A stretch of 64,000 nucleotides of DNA from the NCBI GenBank assembly GCA_023267755.1, contig JAHFMR010000002.1, positions 42,463 to 106,462 on the forward strand. The letters run 5' to 3'. The position numbers and the translations under genes are program-made. The stretch is from a bacterium (lineage in GTDB: Bacteria; Patescibacteriota; Minisyncoccia; Phycocordibacterales; Phycocordibacteraceae). The notes beneath the pieces were generated by a model that was given only the letters and a program-made list of their open reading frames with translations, was not told where the DNA came from and ran no database searches. Shown here in pieces: positions 36,741-45,998 of this stretch (the stretch's first letter is position 1; the number at the start of each line of letters is the position of its first letter).

Positions 36741-37433
36741 ATGAACACTTCTACAGAGAGCGTAGTACCCGTGTGTGTCGGCATCATCCTCGACGGCAAT
36801 CGTCGCTGGGCAAAGGAGCGTGGGCTGCCGAAGCTCGAGGGACACCGTGCGGGTATGGAAAAAGTAAAAGAAGCGACACGTTTCGTGCGTGCGAGCGGTG
36901 TTGCGCATCTCGTGGTGTATGCGTTCTCCACGGAGAATTGGAATCGTACTGAGGAAGAAGTCGGATATCTGATGGATATATTCGGTAATGCGCTCCAAAA
37001 AGAGCTTGGAGAATTAGGGAAGGAAGGAGTGCGTGTGTGCTTTGTGGGGCAGCGTGAGCGATTTACGCCGGAGCTCCAGAAGGCGATGATTGCCACCGAA
37101 GAACAGACTAAGAAGAACGAAACATTCACACTGTGGGTATGTCTCTCATATGGAGGTCGAGCAGAAATCGTTGCCGCAACGCGTGCTCTTGTTGCGATAG
37201 GGAAAGAGATAACGGAAGAAAATATCTCGAATCATCTGTGGACAGGAGGAATGCCTGATCCCGACATCATCATCCGCACAAGCGGCGAACAGCGTCTCTC
37301 GGGATTCCTCACCTGGCAGTCGGTGTACAGCGAGCTTTTCTTCACCGACACCAAGTGGCCGGCCTTCTCTGAAGAAGAGTTCAAGACAATCCTCGCCGAA
37401 TATGCTGATCGAGAACGCCGACATGGGAAATAA
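36741..37433 (+). CDS. uppS: Undecaprenyl diphosphate synthase
   Basis: IILDGNRRWA, YAFSTENWNR, SYGGR, PDIIIRTSGEQRLSGF. Confidence 0.96.
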   Translation: MNTSTESVVPVCVGIILDGNRRWAKERGLPKLEGHRAGMEKVKEATRFVRASGVAHLVVYAFSTENWNRTEEEVGYLMDIFGNALQKELGELGKEGVRVCFVGQRERFTPELQKAMIATEEQTKKNETFTLWVCLSYGGRAEIVAATRALVAIGKEITEENISNHLWTGGMPDPDIIIRTSGEQRLSGFLTWQSVYSELFFTDTKWPAFSEEEFKTILAEYADRERRHGK

Positions 37434-38133
37434 GCTTCAAATTCTCTACGAAGATGCAGATATTGTCGCGGTCGCGAAGCCGGCTGGGTTGATTACACAC
37501 AGCGATGGACGCACTGAAGAAGAAACTGCGGAGGACTGGTTTAAGAAAACATATGGCGCTGAAACCGGAGGTGGCTATGTGCACCGTCTCGATCGAGACA
37601 CCTCGGGCGTGCTCGTCTTCGCGAAGAATCTCCCAGCATATGAGTTCCTGCGGAAAGCTTTCCACGATCGAGAGGTGAAGAAGACGTATCTCGCCTTCAC
37701 CTATGGTGCACCGAAAGAGAAGAAGGGCGTTATCGACTTTGATATTGGACGTTCACGCCAAGACTTCCGTCTCCGCTCGGCGCAGCCCAAGGCGAAGGGG
37801 CGGCTCCGTGAGGCGCTCACGCGCTACGAGGTGGTGGGGGAGTATGGTGAGTATGCGCTGATGAAGCTTATGCCCGAGACGGGTCGCACACACCAGATCC
37901 GCGTCCACCTGAAGGCGATTCACCATCCAATAGTGAGTGACCCGCTCTATGCGCCTGGCCGCGAGCCAGCGATCGGCATCACGCGCCTCGGTCTCCACGC
38001 AGCACAGCTTGATCTCCCGCTTCCTTCTGGCGGGCGAGTAACGATTACGGCACCTGCTCCGGAAGACCTCACTGCTGCCTTTGCGCTCTTCCCGGACATG
38101 GCCGAGACATTTGCTCTCTCTCAAAGCGCGTGA
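37423..38133 (+). CDS. RluA family pseudouridine synthase
   Basis: KPAGL, VHRLDRDTSG, TGRTHQIRVH. Confidence 0.95.
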   Translation: MGNKLQILYEDADIVAVAKPAGLITHSDGRTEEETAEDWFKKTYGAETGGGYVHRLDRDTSGVLVFAKNLPAYEFLRKAFHDREVKKTYLAFTYGAPKEKKGVIDFDIGRSRQDFRLRSAQPKAKGRLREALTRYEVVGEYGEYALMKLMPETGRTHQIRVHLKAIHHPIVSDPLYAPGREPAIGITRLGLHAAQLDLPLPSGGRVTITAPAPEDLTAAFALFPDMAETFALSQSA

Positions 38134-38148
38134 TAGAGTGCGCGACAC

Positions 38149-38646
38149 ATGAAGAAGGTTATTACTCCAGTCAATATTGAAGGGCGCGCGAAGCTTGGGA
38201 TTCGCGCGGGGGACACGATTCGCGTTGTGCAGAATATCGTCGACCTCAAGAAGGGAAAGGGCGCAGACAAGAAGGAGAAAATAATCAAGAATGTCCGCAA
38301 GCAGGTCTTTGAGGGCCTGGTCATCTCGACGAAGCACGGCACAGAGGCGGGCGGGATGTTCACCGTCCGCACGACGCTCTCGGGCGTGGGTGTCGAGAAG
38401 ACCTTCCCACTCTACTCCCCGGTCATCGACTCTATCGAAATAGTGAAGCGCTCCAAGGTCCGTCGCGCCAAGCTCTACTTCATCCGCGAGAAGGCGGCTA
38501 AGGCGGTCCGCCGCCAGCTCCGCAACGCGCGTATGATGCACCTGAAGAGCGACGAGACGGTCGTGCCGGAAGAGGTGGTGGTAGAGGCCGATGTGAGCGA
38601 GATGGCTGCTCCGGCAGCGGAGCAAGTCACAGAAGCTGTAGTATAG
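38149..38646 (+). CDS. rplS: 50S ribosomal protein L19
   Basis: GDTIRV...QVFEGLVI...FTVR...GVGVEKTFPLYSP...VRRAKLYFIR. Confidence 0.96.
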   Translation: MKKVITPVNIEGRAKLGIRAGDTIRVVQNIVDLKKGKGADKKEKIIKNVRKQVFEGLVISTKHGTEAGGMFTVRTTLSGVGVEKTFPLYSPVIDSIEIVKRSKVRRAKLYFIREKAAKAVRRQLRNARMMHLKSDETVVPEEVVVEADVSEMAAPAAEQVTEAVV

Positions 38647-38657
38647 TAATCTCACCT

Positions 38658-38742
38658 GCCCAGGTGGTGTAATTGGTAAACACGTATGCTTGAGGTGCAT
38701 ATGCCGCAAGGCGTGGAGGTTCAAGTCCTCTCCTGGGCACCA
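38658..38742 (+). tRNA. tRNA-Leu(GAG)
   Basis: GCCCAGGTGGTGTAATTGG...TTGAGGT...CCTGGGCACCA. Confidence 0.95.
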
Positions 38743-38749
38743 AAAAAAT

Positions 38750-38774
38750 AAAACGCCGCGAGGCGTTTTCTTTT
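38750..38774 (+). terminator. Intrinsic terminator
   Basis: AAAACGCC-gcga-GGCGTTTT then CTTTT. Confidence 0.75.
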
Positions 38775-38789
38775 GTATACTGACATTCT

Positions 38790-39323
38790 ATGCTCTATAC
38801 CGGTAAAGGAGACGGTGGGACGACCAAGGTGTTCGGCTGTGACCAGCAGCGAATCTCGAAGTCCTCCGAGCTACCCGAAGCGCTTGGCGCGCTCGACGAA
38901 CTGAATGCGTTCCTTGGATTCGTGAAGATGCGTGTGAAGGAATCAGCGCGAATCGCGGGAGCGATTCGCGCTGCACAAGAATCACTCTTCATCATCCAAG
39001 CAGAAGTCGCGGGAGCTGATAAGCGAGTGGGGAAGGAGCGCGTGGAAGAGGTTGAAGCGCTCGTGAACACGATAGAGAAAGAGATCCCACCTATCACTAG
39101 CTTCTCGATAGCGGGCGGCACCGAGCTCTCGGCACTGCTCGATGTCGCCCGCACGCTCTCGCGTCGCGCCGAGCGCCGTGTGGTCGCAGTAGGAGAGCTC
39201 GGTCTGCGCACTCTCTCCCCCGAGACACTGGCCTATCTGAACCGGCTCTCCTCGCTCCTCTTCGCGCTCGCGCGCCTCGCGAACCACGAAGCGGGCGTTG
39301 CCGACGAGCATCCGCGGTATTAG
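38790..39323 (+). CDS. PduO-type ATP:cob(I)alamin adenosyltransferase
   Basis: YTGKGDGGTT, GALDELNAFLG, ARTLSRRAERR, YLNRLSSLLF. Confidence 0.92.
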   Translation: MLYTGKGDGGTTKVFGCDQQRISKSSELPEALGALDELNAFLGFVKMRVKESARIAGAIRAAQESLFIIQAEVAGADKRVGKERVEEVEALVNTIEKEIPPITSFSIAGGTELSALLDVARTLSRRAERRVVAVGELGLRTLSPETLAYLNRLSSLLFALARLANHEAGVADEHPRY

Positions 39324-39380
39324 GGCGCAATCTCGGAATTTGTGTTATAAAAAATCTGCGCGGCTTATCTGCGCGTGTAT

Positions 39381-39453
39381 GGCGACTATGGTGTAACGGT
39401 TAACACTGGAGCTTGTGGAGCTCTCGATCAGGGTTCGATTCCCTGTAGTCGCC
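39381..39453 (+). tRNA. tRNA-His(GUG)
   Basis: G-1 GGCGACTA...TTGTGGA...GGTTCGATTCC...TAGTCGCC. Confidence 0.93.
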
Positions 39454-39491
39454 CAAAATGAATTCAGGGGGTGCGTGATAGTATGGGCGAT

Positions 39492-40142
39492 ATGAAAGAA
39501 CTTTTTCTGGGTATTCTGTTGATTACCATCATCGGTTTTGGAGGGTTTGTATACAGAAACGCGGTCGAACACCCGCTCCAGCAGGTCGCGTGTCCGATGG
39601 ACGCAAAAGTGTGTCCAGACGGCACCTCGGTGGCGCGCACAGGCCTCTCCTGCGCCTTTGCGACGTGCCCGTCGCCGAACGTGACGATCTCAAGTATTAG
39701 CCTCTCCTTCGCGCTCCCGAGCGGATTTACAGAAGCGGTTCTCCCCGACGCGACGAGCATTGCCGCATACGAATCATCAGCAGTCGTTTCCTCATCAACA
39801 AGTGATGCTTTAATCATCGTCCGTCAGTATGCGGTCGATGCTTCTTCGACGCCGCTCGCGACTATTCAGAAGACCGCCATCGGCACGCCCTCCGATCTTC
39901 CGGTTAGCGCGACCTCCTTTACCTCTACGATGCTGGGGAATCACCGGTTCACGGTTGTCTCGATAGAGCGTTTTGAGGGAACAGTTGATACCGCGTATTA
40001 TCTTGCACGCACCACGGATGTGCTCCGTTTCGATGCTATCGACATGAATGTCGCACGGTGGACCGATGCCAATCTCGATATGCAGACACTTCCAGCACAC
40101 AGCGCACTTACGAAACTTCTCACCACCCTTCAAGGACAGTAG
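39492..40142 (+). CDS. Membrane-anchored hypothetical protein with small Cys motif
   Basis: TM followed by ACPMDAKVCPDGTSVARTGLSCAFATCP. Confidence 0.75.
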   Translation: MKELFLGILLITIIGFGGFVYRNAVEHPLQQVACPMDAKVCPDGTSVARTGLSCAFATCPSPNVTISSISLSFALPSGFTEAVLPDATSIAAYESSAVVSSSTSDALIIVRQYAVDASSTPLATIQKTAIGTPSDLPVSATSFTSTMLGNHRFTVVSIERFEGTVDTAYYLARTTDVLRFDAIDMNVARWTDANLDMQTLPAHSALTKLLTTLQGQ

Positions 40143-40173
40143 TTAGGTGGTACACTATAGGGAGTTATTCCTT

Positions 40174-40992
40174 ATGTATTCATCTATGAATGATCACCCT
40201 TTCCTCAATATCTTCGGCGACAACGGTGTGCGCATTGCGCTTACCGGAGCACTCGCTATCCTCGCGCTTTTCCTGCTTGCACAAACGATTACGACAACAG
40301 CAAATTTCGGCCGCTCAGGTGTGCCGGCGACCGATACGGTCACGGTGCAGGGAAGCGGACAGGCGACGATGGCTCCAGATGTCGCACGCATCTCCTTCAC
40401 TGTGCAGAACACGGCAGCAACGGTTGCCGATGCGCAGGTCGCTACCACGAAGCAGGCCAACACCGCGACTGATTTTGTGAAAGGGCAGGGTATTGCCGAC
40501 AAAGACATAAAGACGCTCTCGTACACTATCTCGCCGCAGTATTCATATCCGAATCCGTGCCGGATTGGGGAAGTCTGTCCAGCATATAGCGGCGCACCGA
40601 AGATTACTGGGTACCAGGTTTCCGAATCAATTCAGGTGACGATGCACGACCTCACTGCGGTCGGCACGCTACTTGGCGGTATCGGGGGGCTCGGCGTGCA
40701 GAATGTGAATGGTCCTGATTTCGGTCTGGACGATTCAACTGCCGGCTACGCCGCTGCGCGTGCGGACGCGATCACCAAGGCGCGTGTGCAGGCGGAAGTA
40801 CTCGCGAGACAGCTAGGTGTTCATCTTGGTAAAATAGTGAACTTCAGCGAATCTGCCAGCGGGGGGACATATCCGATGATGTACGCGATGTGGGTAGGCG
40901 CCTCTGATGCGAAGGCAGCCCCGACGCCGTCGGTCCCGGCAGGGGAGAACACCTATAACGCGTCGGTCTCGATTACTTACGAGATTCGCTAG
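40174..40992 (+). CDS. SIMPL (DUF541) domain protein
   Basis: TVTVQGSGQATMAPDVA, DIKTLSYTISPQY, AITKARVQAEVLA, SVSITYEI. Confidence 0.9.
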   Translation: MYSSMNDHPFLNIFGDNGVRIALTGALAILALFLLAQTITTTANFGRSGVPATDTVTVQGSGQATMAPDVARISFTVQNTAATVADAQVATTKQANTATDFVKGQGIADKDIKTLSYTISPQYSYPNPCRIGEVCPAYSGAPKITGYQVSESIQVTMHDLTAVGTLLGGIGGLGVQNVNGPDFGLDDSTAGYAAARADAITKARVQAEVLARQLGVHLGKIVNFSESASGGTYPMMYAMWVGASDAKAAPTPSVPAGENTYNASVSITYEIR

Positions 40993-41047
40993 GGCAGGTA
41001 TAAAAAATGGGCCCCGTTCATCACGGGGCCCACACGGGGTGTACTCA

Positions 41048-41545
41048 TCACGATTTGCCGATGAGGGCATTTCGGAAATCGTTGATCTTCTGAGCAGCGC
41101 TCCGTTCGTCGGGGTTATCCCCGCTTCCCGTAGTGCTCACGTCGATGTCAACAGTCTTTCCATCCTGGCTCAGAGTCATGGTGACCCGGGTGTAGGAGAA
41201 GTTTCTCCTGCTACCAAAGAGCCCTCCCGCGCTCATGACTTGCTTCGTTGCGATAACCATCACACCGGTTCCCACCGGAGTGAGGCTGTTCCTCTGGTAT
41301 CCCAGACTGGCGATCGCGGCCTTTGCCTTGCTGACGAAGACCTCCGGCGACATCGGTTCGGCGAGCACGATTTTTGACAAATCGGCATCGGACGTGGGAG
41401 TGACGGCGTTTTTCTCTCCCATCTGCGACGCCATCACACTTGGCGCGAGAGCCACCATCTGATTCGCGAGGATTATTCCTTCCGCTCCGCCGCATCCGCC
41501 AAGAACGGGGATGACACAGAAAACAATCAACAATATCCTTTTCAT
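41048..41545 (-). CDS. Hypothetical lipoprotein
   Basis: Lipobox LGGC; AGGAGG SD; TTGACA-N17-TATAAT at 41650-41622; terminator at 41001-41032. Confidence 0.7.
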   Translation of the reverse strand: MKRILLIVFCVIPVLGGCGGAEGIILANQMVALAPSVMASQMGEKNAVTPTSDADLSKIVLAEPMSPEVFVSKAKAAIASLGYQRNSLTPVGTGVMVIATKQVMSAGGLFGSRRNFSYTRVTMTLSQDGKTVDIDVSTTGSGDNPDERSAAQKINDFRNALIGKS

Positions 41546-41738
41546 GGTGCAATACCCTCCTAATAGTGTTGCAAGGATTGCTGCTAGGGAAGCCAGCTTC
41601 AGGTGCGTCTATTCCAGTTAATATTATACACTTGCTGGATATCTTGTCAACCGTGCTTGACTCAAGTGACACGCCGTACTATGCTTGTGTTATTGAAGGC
41701 CCGCGGGGCTTTTTTATTTACCAAAATATACGCTTGTT

Positions 41739-41924
41739 ATGATTTCACCCCTCGTCTATCTGAAGCATGTGCGCGAAGAGTTCGCACATATCGTCTGGCC
41801 GAGCAATCGGACCGCGGTGGCACACACACTCGTGGTTATTCTTATCGCGCTCGCAATCGCGGTGCTCGTCGGCATCGCCGACTACGCCTTCGGACTCTTG
41901 GTGAGTCACGTTGCTGGCGTTTAA
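41739..41924 (+). CDS. secE: Preprotein translocase subunit SecE
   Basis: YLKHVREEFAHIVWP followed by one TM; directly before nusG. Confidence 0.9.
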   Translation: MISPLVYLKHVREEFAHIVWPSNRTAVAHTLVVILIALAIAVLVGIADYAFGLLVSHVAGV

Positions 41925-41939
41925 CGCTCCATATATTAT

Positions 41940-42581
41940 ATGGACGACAATCAAAACCTGCAGATGAGCGAGATGGACACTGTTGAGGAGGTTGGGATGG
42001 CGGATATCGCACCGGCCGTGCGTAAGGAGGTACGTGATGAGGTTACCCCGAAGCCCGAAGACGCGCGTTGGTACACTATCCACACCTACGCTGGTTACGA
42101 GAACGCGGTCGAGCGCAACTTGAAGCAGCGCATCGAATCGCTCGGGATGGAAGGGAAGATCTTCGACGTTATCGTCCCGACCGAGAAGAAGATTCGCGTG
42201 AAGAGCGGCAAGCGCATTGTCGAGGAGGAGAAGATTTATCCCGGGTATATCCTCGTGCGTATGATTGTCGACGACGACTCGTGGTTTGTGGTGCGTAACA
42301 CCCCACGGGTGACCGGCTTCGTCGGCAGCGGCAACACGCCGGTCCCGATGGAGGAGTCTGAAGTGGCGACACTGATGAAGCGGATGACGGCAGAGGCGCC
42401 CAAGCACCGCATCGATCTCGTGAAGGACGATCCAATCGTCATCGCGGATGGTCCATTTAAGGATCTCGAGGGTAAGGTTGGCGAGATAGACGAGGATCGC
42501 GGCAAGGTGAAGGTGATGGTCTCAATGTTCGGCCGCGAGACGCCCGTCGAACTCGACTTTTTGCAAATTCGCAAGTTATAA
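41940..42581 (+). CDS. nusG: Transcription factor NusG
   Basis: WYTIHTYAGYE, PGYILV, VRNTPRVTGFVG, GPF, MFGRETPVEL. Confidence 0.97.
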   Translation: MDDNQNLQMSEMDTVEEVGMADIAPAVRKEVRDEVTPKPEDARWYTIHTYAGYENAVERNLKQRIESLGMEGKIFDVIVPTEKKIRVKSGKRIVEEEKIYPGYILVRMIVDDDSWFVVRNTPRVTGFVGSGNTPVPMEESEVATLMKRMTAEAPKHRIDLVKDDPIVIADGPFKDLEGKVGEIDEDRGKVKVMVSMFGRETPVELDFLQIRKL

Positions 42582-42598
42582 CGTAAAGTCCTTCTATC

Positions 42599-43018
42599 AT
42601 GGCTACCGTTACAAAAAAGATTAAATTGCAGATTCCGGGCGGGAAGGCGACGCCAGCACCGCCAGTAGGTACGGCGCTCGGCCCTGCCGGCGTGAACATC
42701 GGTCAATTCGTGACTCAGTTCAACGAGGCGACCAAGGACAAGCAGGGCACGATTATCCCAATAGAGCTCTCGGTCTACGACGATCGCACCTTCACCTTCA
42801 TTATGAAGAATCCGCCGGCCTCCCGGCTTATCTTGAAGGCGGTCGGGCTCGAAAAGGGATCAAGCAAAGCGAAGAGCTCCAAGGCAGGAACTATCACCAA
42901 GGAACAAATTGCGACTATTGTCGCCGAGAAGATGCCCGACTTAAACGCGAACTCTCCCGAGGCGGCCGCACGCATCATCGCGGGTACCGCACGCTCGATG
43001 GGTATCGAGGTGAAGTAG
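42599..43018 (+). CDS. rplK: 50S ribosomal protein L11
   Basis: [15 protein letters not shown]...[10 protein letters not shown]. Confidence 0.97.
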   Translation: MATVTKKIKLQIPGGKATPAPPVGTALGPAGVNIGQFVTQFNEATKDKQGTIIPIELSVYDDRTFTFIMKNPPASRLILKAVGLEKGSSKAKSSKAGTITKEQIATIVAEKMPDLNANSPEAAARIIAGTARSMGIEVK

Positions 43019-43033
43019 GGAACAGGGGAAATG

Positions 43034-43064
43034 AAAAAAGCGCTCGCGAGAGCGCCTTTTTTGT
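43034..43064. terminator. Bidirectional terminator between rplK and folA
   Basis: AAAAAA-GCGCTC-gcga-GAGCGC-CTTTTTT. Confidence 0.8.
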
Positions 43065-43079
43065 TACTGCAACCCCGGA

Positions 43080-43610
43080 CTAGGGGAGCATGATGCGCTC
43101 GCGCATCTGGAAAGAGGTGACGTGCGTATCGCGCGGGTCCCAGTGTTTCGAGGGTTCGATACTCCGTATCGCCCACGACTCTGGCGGTACTGTCGGGAAG
43201 AACGTGTCGCCTGAAATCTGGGCATGAACGAGCGTGAGGTATATCCGCTGCGCGAGAAGCATCGCTTCTCGGTAGATCTCGCCGCCGCCGATGATGAAGA
43301 CCTCTTCAGCGCCGTGCGTACCCATAGCGGCGATACAAGCGTCTGCAAACGAAGGGACAACTATCGCACCCTCGGCTTGGTAGCCTGCTTGTCGTGTGAG
43401 GACGATATTGGTCCTTTCGGGGAGTGGCTGGAAGGCTTCGGGAAGAGACTCCCAGGTTGCCCGTCCCATAACGACCGGGTGTCCGGTCGTAATCCGTTTG
43501 AACCGCGCCAGATCGCTCGGGAGATGCCACGGCAGCTTGCCGCCCTGGCCGATAGTCCCGTTTGTCGCCCTCGCGACGATGATAGAAAGAACAGTCTTTG
43601 TATTGCACAT
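43080..43610 (-). CDS. folA: Dihydrofolate reductase
   Basis: IG.GGKLPWHLPSDLARFK, VMGRATWES, PLPERTNIVL, IIGGGEIY, GDTFFP. Confidence 0.96.
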   Translation of the reverse strand: MCNTKTVLSIIVARATNGTIGQGGKLPWHLPSDLARFKRITTGHPVVMGRATWESLPEAFQPLPERTNIVLTRQAGYQAEGAIVVPSFADACIAAMGTHGAEEVFIIGGGEIYREAMLLAQRIYLTLVHAQISGDTFFPTVPPESWAIRSIEPSKHWDPRDTHVTSFQMRERIMLP

Positions 43611-43640
43611 AATGCACTCCCTTTTTCGATATGAACCCCT

Positions 43641-43714
43641 GCATAGTCTCGCGATATGCCTCTGGCGTCAACTCCGACGCTACTGGTCGGAGCCCCGACT
43701 CTGACGTCGGGGCT
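43641..43714. repeat. Cluster of hairpins in the folA-thyX divergent intergenic region
   Basis: GCATA..TATGC; CTCCGAC-N7-GTCGGAG; AGCCCCGAC-N6-GTCGGGGCT. Confidence 0.6.
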
Positions 43715-43797
43715 GCTTGCGCCATGCCCCCTTCGAGCGTAGAGTGCGCACAGATTTACCCTGTTCCAAATCATCCCACACAAACTCAGGAGGCCAT

Positions 43798-44622
43798 ATG
43801 GCTGCAGCATTCAATGAAATCACCGTCCGCGTTCTCGCACGTACCGTCGTCGATCGACAAGCGGTGCGGGAATGGCTCGACGAAATGGGGGCGAATGAAT
43901 TCGAGATCCCTTCCGAAGAAACTGTATCCGATCCGGCTCTTCTCGTGGCGCTTGCAGCAAAGCAGTGCTACATGGCATTCCAGCCGGGGCTGAACCCGAA
44001 CGTCAACAAGGTCCGCAAGGATATGGTCGAATACCTCGACAATGTCCTGAAGCAACGCCACGGTTCTGTTCTCGAACATGCGGTGTTCAGTTTCGGCGTC
44101 AACGGATGTTCGAGGGTCTTTACAGGCGAAATGAATCGGCATCGGGCCGGTGTCGGTATTTCCGAGCGAAGCATGCGATACATCCGGTATACCAACATCA
44201 AGTTCTGGATGCCGGAGTGCTTCCGTGATGAGGAGGGTGATACCTCCGCCATTCTTGAGAAGAAACGACTCTCTCGGGAACGGCTTACAGCCCAATTCGC
44301 AAGTCAAGAGGACATGATGGCATTCTTTGCTGAAGTCTGGAAGGAAGAACTCGCTCCCGAGAGCACCTTCCATGCGAAGAAGGTCCTGACCTCGGCATTT
44401 CGGCGCGGCATCGGTATGGGCGTTGCGACCGGCGGTGTCTGGTCGCTCAACTTGCGGGCGCTTCGTCACGTGATTGCGCTGCGTACCGATGAAGGCGCCG
44501 AGGAAGAGATTGCTCACGTCTTCAAGAAGGTCGGCAAGATCATGCTTGCGCAAGTGCCGGAACTCTTCGGGGACTTCAAGGAAGTGAATGGAGTCCTCGT
44601 TCCTGAGTACTGGAAGGTGTAA
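43798..44622 (+). CDS. thyX: FAD-dependent thymidylate synthase
   Basis: HGSVLEH, SRVFTGEMNRHR, SERSMRY, NLRALRH..LR, EEEI. Confidence 0.93.
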   Translation: MAAAFNEITVRVLARTVVDRQAVREWLDEMGANEFEIPSEETVSDPALLVALAAKQCYMAFQPGLNPNVNKVRKDMVEYLDNVLKQRHGSVLEHAVFSFGVNGCSRVFTGEMNRHRAGVGISERSMRYIRYTNIKFWMPECFRDEEGDTSAILEKKRLSRERLTAQFASQEDMMAFFAEVWKEELAPESTFHAKKVLTSAFRRGIGMGVATGGVWSLNLRALRHVIALRTDEGAEEEIAHVFKKVGKIMLAQVPELFGDFKEVNGVLVPEYWKV

Positions 44623-44647
44623 TCGGCTGGCCCTCCACGGCTCACTC

Positions 44648-44677
44648 AACGGCGACTACGGTCGCCGTTTCTTTTTA
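44648..44677 (+). terminator. Intrinsic terminator
   Basis: AACGGCGAC-tacg-GTCGCCGTT then TCTTTT. Confidence 0.75.
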
Positions 44678-44778
44678 TACAAAATTGCTTTTTACGCCTC
44701 CGGCGCGTACAGTTTGCCCGGGTTGCACACATTGTCATCAATCAGAAACCAAACGCTATAGGCGGAAGGAGTGCCATC

Positions 44779-45894
44779 ATGTTGGATAACGAAAAACCAG
44801 TCGTCCTTGCTGACCGGGACTTGCACGCGATCATCACGGGCGAGGCGCCCTTCATCACCAAGCAAGACAGCTTTACACTCGATCAGATTCAGGCTTCATC
44901 GCTCGATCTCACTCTCGGGTCGCAGGTGTTCGGTATGGGTGTCGCATCTCTGCCGCGCAGTGGCGGGAGTGTCGCCGATCTACTCAAAGGGAATCAGTAC
45001 GCCTTTGATCTCAATATCGGCCAGCCAGGCTTCCTGCATCGCGGCTACACCTACATCGTGCCGCTTAATGAAGGACTTCTGCTCCCCGAAGGGTTTTCGG
45101 CGAAGTTCTCACCCAAGAGCTCGACGGGTCGCACCGATACGTTCGTGCGCATTCTGGCCGACGGCGTACCGCGTTTCGACTACGTACCAGAAGGGTATCA
45201 GGGAAGTTTGTACCTCGAGATTACGCCGCTGTCGTTCCCGATCCTCATCCGTCCAGGCCTCTCGCTCGTGCAGATGCGGATTCGCAATGGCGATGCTCGT
45301 CTGACCGGCAAAGAGGTCGCCATCATGCATTCCCATAAGGGCATCTTTATGGACAAGGGCGGCAAAGTAATCCTGACGCACGACTTGAAGCTGGCCGAGC
45401 ACGGCGTGTATATGCACATCGATCTCGATCGCGATATTGTCGGATTTGCCTCGCGCACCAATGTGGCGAGCGCGCTTACGCTCTTCGACTCGGCAACGCA
45501 CGACTGGAGTGAGTTCTGGGAGCCGATCAGGCGCCCCCGAAACGGTCTCACACTAAATCCCGACCGGTTCTACCTCCTTCCAACAAAAGAGCGGGCGCGT
45601 ATCCCGAACGACGTGTGCGGCGATATCGCTCCCTACGACGCTTCAACCGGGGAGTTCCGTACACACTACGCGGGATTCTTCGATCCGGGCTTTGGTGGCG
45701 AGTTCGGCATCACGGGCGTCCTGGAAGTTCGCGGCAGAGAAGTGCCGCACCGCCTCTTCGATAACGATCCGATCTGCCTTATGAACTTCGAGCGAGTCAG
45801 TCCGGTCTCGAAGCCGTATGACGGGAACTACCAGAATCCCGGACCGTCGCTCTCGAAACACTTCAAGGAGCGATATGAAGCGTGGGGGACCTGA
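44779..45894 (+). CDS. dcd: dCTP deaminase, long two-domain form
   Basis: IQASSLDLTLG, SPKSSTGR, YLEITPLSFP, GEFRTHYAGFFDPGFG, VLEVR, YQ...LSKHF. Confidence 0.88.
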   Translation: MLDNEKPVVLADRDLHAIITGEAPFITKQDSFTLDQIQASSLDLTLGSQVFGMGVASLPRSGGSVADLLKGNQYAFDLNIGQPGFLHRGYTYIVPLNEGLLLPEGFSAKFSPKSSTGRTDTFVRILADGVPRFDYVPEGYQGSLYLEITPLSFPILIRPGLSLVQMRIRNGDARLTGKEVAIMHSHKGIFMDKGGKVILTHDLKLAEHGVYMHIDLDRDIVGFASRTNVASALTLFDSATHDWSEFWEPIRRPRNGLTLNPDRFYLLPTKERARIPNDVCGDIAPYDASTGEFRTHYAGFFDPGFGGEFGITGVLEVRGREVPHRLFDNDPICLMNFERVSPVSKPYDGNYQNPGPSLSKHFKERYEAWGT

Positions 45895-45909
45895 TGGTGC
45901 CAAAATTTT

Positions 45910-45946
45910 GCCCGCGACGACGCCAGTCGTCGCGGGCTTCTCTTTT
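45910..45946 (+). terminator. Intrinsic terminator
   Basis: GCCCGCGACGAC-gcca-GTCGTCGCGGGC then TTCTCTTTT. Confidence 0.75.
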
Positions 45947-45998
45947 GGCCGGCTTTTGTATAGGATGATCTTGGACTAATTATACGGAGGGTTCTGTT

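Noticed and set aside
37753-38724. 323-aa minus-strand ORF, and similar long antisense ORFs (43786-44649, 48019-48999, 55869-56591, 60543-61691, 21082-21831)
   Set aside because: Shadows of well-supported genes on the opposite strand; no motifs or start signals.
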